A DNA stretch of 64,000 nt from an uncultured Bacilli bacterium (lineage in GTDB: Bacteria > Bacillota_I > Bacilli_A > RF39 > UBA660), in the NCBI GenBank assembly GCA_947598485.1, contig CANQFJ010000003.1:7754-71753 (forward strand), written 5' to 3'. The notes beneath the pieces are model-generated. The model made no database searches. It saw nothing but the letters and a program-made list of their open reading frames with translations, and was not told the DNA's origin. The stretch's first letter is position 1. Every line of letters begins with the position of its first letter. The translations under genes and the position numbers were made by a program. Positions 59,093 to 64,000 of the stretch are shown here, in pieces.

Positions 59093-59145
59093 ATCATACC
59101 GATGTCGGTAGTATATGTCAATTAATATTATACCGGTATCGGTAT
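59093..59145 (-). promoter_or_regulatory. Fic promoter with two palindromic operator-like sites
   Basis: In minus orientation, TTGACA (59116-59121) - 17 nt - TATGAT (59093-59098). The palindromes are ATACCG-N4-CGGTA (59096-59110, within the spacer) and ATACCG-N4-CGGTAT (59130-59145, upstream of the -35). Confidence 0.55.
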
Positions 59146-59164
59146 AATATTATATTATTATGAT

Positions 59165-60373
59165 TTATTCAGATATCCATTTTGATATATCTATAATTTG
59201 AATTCCTTCATATTGATAGTTGTCATGTTTAGTTCTTGCTATTAGTATTTTAGGATAAGCATCATTTATTTTTAACAAAGGACTTACTTCACGCTTAAAT
59301 ATATCACTTTCAAAACTATTTCCTATGTCATCAGCAACTTGAATATATACTTTTTCATTACGTTTCATTGCAACAAAATCAATTTCTTTTTCATACAAAA
59401 CCCCAACATATACTTCATATCCTCTTCTTATTAATTCCATTGCCACGATATTTTCATAGATACTACCATAATTCATGTTTTTGGTACCTTGAATAGCATA
59501 TTTTACAGCATGATCGGATAAATAATACTTATCTTGGGCTGATAAATATTTTTTACCTTGAATATCATATCTTCTAATTTTATAAAAGGCAAAAGATTCA
59601 CATAGATATTTTATATAAGATCCAACGGTTTTATCATTAGTATCTACTCTAAACGTATTTAATGTATCAGTAACACTTCTATATGAAGTAAGTCTAGCAA
59701 TATTATCTATTAAAAAATCACTAACACTATCTAATAAAGGAATATTTTGTATTTTATTTCTTTGAACTATATCTCTTACAATCATTGTTTTATAAACATC
59801 GGATATATATTTATATTTTTTATCTAATTCATTATATAAATATGAACCCGAAAAGCCACCTTCTAAAACGTATCTATCAAAATTTTCGTCATTATTTTCT
59901 AAATCATAATATTCAAGAAATTCTTTATATGAGAAAGGATATATTTCAATGCTATATGTTCTTCCGGTAAATAATGTAGCCAAATCACTTGATAAAAGAA
60001 ATGCATTAGAACCAGTTATATAAATATCATATTTACTTTCAGCATGAAAATTATTTATTGCTTTTTCAAAATCATTGCACATTTGAACTTCATCAATCAT
60101 AATAAAATTATTCTTATTAGAATCATATTTTTCAGATACATATTCAATTAGCTTTTTATATTGTTTTAAATCATCAAATTTATCAAGATTATAATCAATA
60201 TAAATAATATTAGAATTATTATCATTTGTTTTAACATAATCCATAAACATATTAAGTAATTGTGATTTCCCACTACGTCTAACACCTGTGATAACTTTTA
60301 TATCTGGTGTTCCCATTACAGCTATAATATCATCTAAATACTTTCTCTTAATTATTTTCATATTGTATATCAC
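59165..60373 (-). CDS. AAA ATPase of the DUF4143 / COG1373 type, copy 1
   Basis: Walker A is ITGVRRSGKSQL, Walker B is FIMIDEVQ. The C-terminal DUF4143-like region is paralogous to 60691-61896. Confidence 0.75.
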   Translation of the reverse strand: MIYNMKIIKRKYLDDIIAVMGTPDIKVITGVRRSGKSQLLNMFMDYVKTNDNNSNIIYIDYNLDKFDDLKQYKKLIEYVSEKYDSNKNNFIMIDEVQMCNDFEKAINNFHAESKYDIYITGSNAFLLSSDLATLFTGRTYSIEIYPFSYKEFLEYYDLENNDENFDRYVLEGGFSGSYLYNELDKKYKYISDVYKTMIVRDIVQRNKIQNIPLLDSVSDFLIDNIARLTSYRSVTDTLNTFRVDTNDKTVGSYIKYLCESFAFYKIRRYDIQGKKYLSAQDKYYLSDHAVKYAIQGTKNMNYGSIYENIVAMELIRRGYEVYVGVLYEKEIDFVAMKRNEKVYIQVADDIGNSFESDIFKREVSPLLKINDAYPKILIARTKHDNYQYEGIQIIDISKWISE

Positions 60374-60390
60374 CTCTCATTAATATTATA

Positions 60391-60439
60391 TCATTCATTT
60401 CGCAAAATTCACTTTTTTTCTTTTTTGCGAAATGAATGA
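60391..60439. repeat. 17-bp perfect inverted repeat overlapping the promoter region of AAA copy 1
   Basis: TCATTCATTTCGCAAAA (60391-60407) / TTTTGCGAAATGAATGA (60423-60439) with a 15-nt loop. It is followed by TTTTT on the plus strand and by TATAAT in minus orientation. Confidence 0.6.
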
Positions 60440-60460
60440 TTTTTATTAAAAATCATAATA

Positions 60461-60493
60461 AAACTAGAGTATGCTCTCTAGTTTCCTTTTTTT
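60461..60493 (+). terminator. terminator-like hairpin in plus orientation
   Basis: 9-bp stem AAACTAGAG / CTCTAGTTT with loop tatgct, followed by CC and a T7 run on the plus strand. Confidence 0.5.
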
Positions 60494-60507
60494 AGTTCAC
60501 TGTTATG

Positions 60508-60603
60508 GCCGGAATCGCCACTTTTTTAAGTTCCTGTCAAAGCCGGAATCGCTTCTTTTTTAAGTTCCTCTTATAGTGGGAATCACTAGCTTTTTTATTG
60601 CCA
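60508..60603 (+). repeat. three tandem ~34-bp units, each a short hairpin with a conserved GGAAT(C) loop and a T6 run
   Basis: The three units read TGGC-cggaatc-GCCA-cTTTTTT, then AAGC-cggaatc-GCTT-cTTTTTT, then TAGTG-ggaat-CACTA-gcTTTTTT. The stems differ but remain complementary. Confidence 0.55.
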
Positions 60604-60690
60604 TAAATTAATTATTTATGTGCTAATAATGTATCATAATTTAATAAAATTATCCATATTTTATGCATATTTTTATATCAAAATGTATGC

Positions 60691-61896
60691 TTATTCTTTA
60701 TCTAATAGCCAGTCAACTATATTAACCTTTGTTATACCATTGTAATCAGCTTCCATATCCATATCATAAGTTATCAAATATTTAGGATAATAGTCATTTG
60801 TTTTTTGCAATGACCTTAGTTCTCTTTCTAATACTTTATCATCTCTAACTGTTAATGCAACTTGAAAATATTTCAAACCTTGTCTATTCTCTGCAACAAA
60901 GTCTACTTCTAAGTCATCTACTTTTCCAACATATACTTTATATCCTCTTCTTAATAATTCAAGATAAACTATGTTTTCTAATATATGTCCCATATCACTA
61001 TCAGCTTTTTTACCTAATAAATAACTTCTTAAACCTTGGTCTACTACGTAGTATTTATAATCTCTAGCAAGTAAGTTCTTACCTTTAACATCAAATCTTT
61101 CAACTTTATATACTAAAAAGCTTTCTATAAATGCTGATATATAGTTTTCCACAGTATGATTGCATGTAGTCATACCCTTACTTGTAAGGGTATCACTTAT
61201 CTTTTTAGTAGATATTGGACTACCTATACTATCAAAAATAAATTTAAGCACACTTTCTAAAACCATCTTATCTTTAATATTATTTCGGGTAATTATATCT
61301 TTATAAACTATAGTATTAAATATTCCCTCTAAATAGGTATCTAAAGCATTGGGACCATCTTTAAGTATGGATATATTTCCTGGCATACCACCATATTTCA
61401 TATAATCTAAAAAATATTCATAACGGCTTTTATTTAAATTATCAAATGCACTTAAATATTCTTTAAATGATAGTGGTAATAATTTTATTTCTACATATCT
61501 TCCTGATAGTAATGTTGCAAGTTCTCCCGATAATAAATAGGCATTTGAGCCTGTTATATATACATCAACATTTTTCTTTATATATAAACTATCTACAGCT
61601 TTTTGAAACATAGGAACATTTTGTACTTCATCTAAAAATACATAAAATTGTTTTTTAGAATCCAATTGTTTATTTACATAATCATATAATTCTTTATAAC
61701 TTTCAAAATTATAATCAGCATCTTCAAGATTAATCTTTATTATTTGATCATCTTTTATTCCCGTTTCTTTTAAATAATTTATAAATAATTCAAATAATGT
61801 AGATTTACCACATCTTCTTATTCCCGTGACAACTTTGATTAAATCTTTATCTTTAAACTTTTTTAATTGTTCAAGATATTCTGGTCTTTCTATCAT
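60691..61896 (-). CDS. AAA ATPase of the DUF4143 / COG1373 type, copy 2
   Basis: Walker A is VTGIRRCGKSTL, Walker B is YVFLDEVQ. The start is moved to the ATG at 61894-61896 (MIERPEYLEQL), which is preceded by AGAGGAG. Confidence 0.75.
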   Translation of the reverse strand: MIERPEYLEQLKKFKDKDLIKVVTGIRRCGKSTLFELFINYLKETGIKDDQIIKINLEDADYNFESYKELYDYVNKQLDSKKQFYVFLDEVQNVPMFQKAVDSLYIKKNVDVYITGSNAYLLSGELATLLSGRYVEIKLLPLSFKEYLSAFDNLNKSRYEYFLDYMKYGGMPGNISILKDGPNALDTYLEGIFNTIVYKDIITRNNIKDKMVLESVLKFIFDSIGSPISTKKISDTLTSKGMTTCNHTVENYISAFIESFLVYKVERFDVKGKNLLARDYKYYVVDQGLRSYLLGKKADSDMGHILENIVYLELLRRGYKVYVGKVDDLEVDFVAENRQGLKYFQVALTVRDDKVLERELRSLQKTNDYYPKYLITYDMDMEADYNGITKVNIVDWLLDKE

Positions 61897-62007
61897 AGGT
61901 TTTCTCCTCTTTTTATAAGTATATATTATGAGTAGCATAAAATCAAGCTTTGGAAAATTTTTTCCAAAACTATAGAAATTCGACAAGTTTTGGAAATACC
62001 TATTTTT

Positions 62008-62037
62008 ATAAAAAAGACAGAAGATTGCTCTTCTGTC
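62008..62037 (-). terminator. Rho-independent terminator after the 485-aa gene
   Basis: Perfect 8-bp stem GACAGAAG / CTTCTGTC overlapping the stop codon. Followed in minus orientation by a T6 run. Confidence 0.65.
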
Positions 62038-63493
62038 AATAAGAAAACTTTCTATTTATATTAACATTTACATCATTACCATTATATTTAGCATATTCAA
62101 TTACTAGTTCATAAACAGTTCCTTCATCGATTTTAAACCGGTCAGAAAAGCCTGAACTAGATAAAGCTTTTTGACAGTCCACTTCCGTCATAGTTTCCTT
62201 TTGGCCATCAATATATAGTGATATAAAGGCTGATTCAAAAGCATAAGCATTAGACATTTTGAAATTATAGTAAACGTAACCATTAGAAATTTTTTCAATA
62301 TCTATTCTAGCATCAATTTTAGCAGTACGTACATTAATAACATCTTCAATATTATCTATTAATTCTTTTTCTTTCTTAGAATTAATATATACTTCAACAT
62401 ATCCTAGACTAATAGTATATTCACTGCTTGGGGTAAGACCTGTTATTCGGTATGTTGTAGCATATTTATCTAGTAATATCTTTTGAGTAGTCGGAGTGCC
62501 ATCAACATCACCTACAACTAATAGATATACAGACTGATACGAATTATTAGGATCAGTTACCATGTATGTAACATCAATATATGTAGGATAAGATATAGTT
62601 CCTCTTAAGCTAACTTTTTTATAAATTGGGGTATTATTTTCCGTTGTACTACCAGAGTCAGAAGAACTACCACCATTTATTACTATATTATTATTAGTTA
62701 TTGAGGCTTGATTATTTCCTCCAGTATTAAGTGCATGGTTATCAACATATTGATCAAAATTATTAACTAGCTTATTATACTTATCAATAAATTCTTCATC
62801 ATTTAATTCAGGTTTTTTCTCATAAGTTGAAGGCGTATATTGATTAGTACTACCCTCCACTTGTTTTAAATCTATCGTCTTTTCTTTATACACTAATTTC
62901 TCATTAGCTACATCAAATGAATAATCACCAAACATTAAAGTAATAGGATTTATGGTTTTAATATTAACAGCATCATTTAGTATAGAAGCATTACCTTGAA
63001 CATCTAAATAAACAATTAAATATTTATTAACATAAATTGATTTGTCTTGGGTATATATTTCATTAGCCACGATTAAATATTCACGGTCAGCAATTTTATA
63101 GAAATTAGAGGCTTTAGAACTTGAAACAGACATAATGTCCCCATTTTCTACTACACTTCCATCAGATAAAATTTGATAGTTTCCTCCAAGAATAGTAACA
63201 TCTTCAGATAGCTTTTCAAATATAATAGTTTTTTTACCTAATAAATATGTTTTTTGATCAGGAGTATTGTAGTAATAATCACCACTCCAACTTTTTTCAA
63301 TTGCACCACCAAGTTTAGTATCTAATAAATTATTTTCTGTTCCAAACAAAACTGTATTACTTGTTACAGTATATAAGCTTTCTACTTTATCAGATGATTT
63401 TCTGGCAGCAAATATTAATAAACCTATTATGCCTACAATAATAATGCAAAATAGTATTATAAATATCCTGTTTTTAAAATTAAGTTTCCGCAT
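62036..63493 (-). CDS. membrane-anchored extracytoplasmic protein (485 aa), beta-rich, unknown function
   Basis: N-terminal TM helix and a Ser/Asn/Gly linker (GGSSSDSGSTTENN). Overlaps the upstream ORF by 14 nt. Confidence 0.55.
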   Translation of the reverse strand: MRKLNFKNRIFIILFCIIIVGIIGLLIFAARKSSDKVESLYTVTSNTVLFGTENNLLDTKLGGAIEKSWSGDYYYNTPDQKTYLLGKKTIIFEKLSEDVTILGGNYQILSDGSVVENGDIMSVSSSKASNFYKIADREYLIVANEIYTQDKSIYVNKYLIVYLDVQGNASILNDAVNIKTINPITLMFGDYSFDVANEKLVYKEKTIDLKQVEGSTNQYTPSTYEKKPELNDEEFIDKYNKLVNNFDQYVDNHALNTGGNNQASITNNNIVINGGSSSDSGSTTENNTPIYKKVSLRGTISYPTYIDVTYMVTDPNNSYQSVYLLVVGDVDGTPTTQKILLDKYATTYRITGLTPSSEYTISLGYVEVYINSKKEKELIDNIEDVINVRTAKIDARIDIEKISNGYVYYNFKMSNAYAFESAFISLYIDGQKETMTEVDCQKALSSSGFSDRFKIDEGTVYELVIEYAKYNGNDVNVNINRKFSY

Positions 63494-64000
63494 AAGTTCC
63501 TCCGTTGTAGAAGCTTATCTCGTATTGGATTAAATCCTCACCTTCAGGATAGAAGTTTAAAGTAATTAAATACGTATCCTTAACATTAAATTTATCTACT
63601 TCTTCATCGTCAAAGGTTATTTCATAATAATAAAAGTAATTTTCGGGATCATATATAGCTTGAAATTCAATATCATTGGCCGTTTTATAAAAGCCGCTAC
63701 TAATAGAGAAAATAGTATAATCCATTTTATTTATTTCAGTAATTTTATAAGAGTTATTAAATATAATTCTAAGTTTATTGCGTTCAACTTGAGTAGCACT
63801 TATATTACCTAATGTAGCGTCATTACCTATCTTTGTAGTTCTTTCGTATTTTTTTTCTTGAATTTTAGTATTATTTTCATAATCGACATTTATCGTTACA
63901 ACAAACTTATAGTTTTTACCTTCTTGTAAACTATTTTCATCAATTTTGTACTCAAACATTTTATTAATTTCTGAAATATTAATCTTTTCTTCTTTTTTTA
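63480..64000 (-). CDS. C-terminal part of a larger (surface?) protein whose 5' end lies outside the window
   Basis: The reading frame stays open from 63959 to the window edge (..KKEEKINISEINK-MFEYKID..). The track's Met is therefore probably internal. Composition is beta-rich and repeat-like. Confidence 0.5.
   Translation of the reverse strand, partial: KKEEKINISEINKMFEYKIDENSLQEGKNYKFVVTINVDYENNTKIQEKKYERTTKIGNDATLGNISATQVERNKLRIIFNNSYKITEINKMDYTIFSISSGFYKTANDIEFQAIYDPENYFYYYEITFDDEEVDKFNVKDTYLITLNFYPEGEDLIQYEISFYNGGTYAET

Noticed and set aside
60508-60603. The three ~34-bp repeats considered as a mini-CRISPR array or as tRNA 3'-end fragments marking an integration site
   Set aside because: Only three degenerate units exist, with no unique spacers of CRISPR size and no cas genes. 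The CGGAATC loop does not match the tRNA T-loop consensus (GTTCGAATC), and there is no acceptor-stem/CCA context.
61897-61986. The 30-codon N-terminal extension of the second AAA ATPase ORF (MSNFYSFGKNFPKLDFMLLIIYTYKKRRKP)
   Set aside because: The paralog starts directly at the conserved region. The ATG at 61896 has an AGAGGAG Shine-Dalgarno, while the extension has none and is not matched in the paralog.

Overview
The window is a strongly AT-rich segment (judged by eye, not computed) with low-GC Firmicutes-type gene content (Clostridia/Erysipelotrichia-like). The taxon cannot be fixed from the window. It holds about 55 genes, almost all on the minus strand. No rRNA, tRNA or CRISPR array was seen.

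Left to right:
1. A partial pssA-like gene and a UPF0104 membrane gene.
2. A compact type VIIb secretion locus at 1.5-10.7 kb. It has EssC, a YukD/EsaB-like protein, one bitopic membrane protein with an HEXXH motif, six small WXG100-like helical proteins and a divergent XRE regulator.
3. A few housekeeping-like genes.
4. An uncharacterised P-loop ATPase translationally coupled to a cysteine-rich repeat protein (12.7-15.2 kb).
5. Paralogous secreted and membrane-anchored proteins next to a membrane-bound XRE regulator.
6. A Gram-positive type IV secretion / conjugation-like gene set at 21-32.7 kb. It has two VirB2-like proteins, VirB6-like, VirB3-like, a VirB4 split into two ORFs, an M23/lysozyme hydrolase, a VirB8/TcpC-like candidate and a VirD4 coupling protein. 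No relaxase or integrase is in view.
7. An ABC-2/CPBP fusion transporter.
8. A collagen-like (GPT-repeat) gene cluster with a divergent GT2-TPR glycosyltransferase.
9. Wall- or membrane-anchored surface proteins, including a 3531-aa GLUG/LamG giant.
10. An HTH-Fic gene and two DUF4143-type AAA ATPases.
11. More large surface proteins at the right edge.

The most striking observation concerns one collagen-like gene. It is interrupted by a 3.5-kb element that encodes a large serine recombinase. The element ends form a 19-GC-19 pseudo-palindromic attP. Excision at the shared GC core would rejoin the two gene halves in frame.
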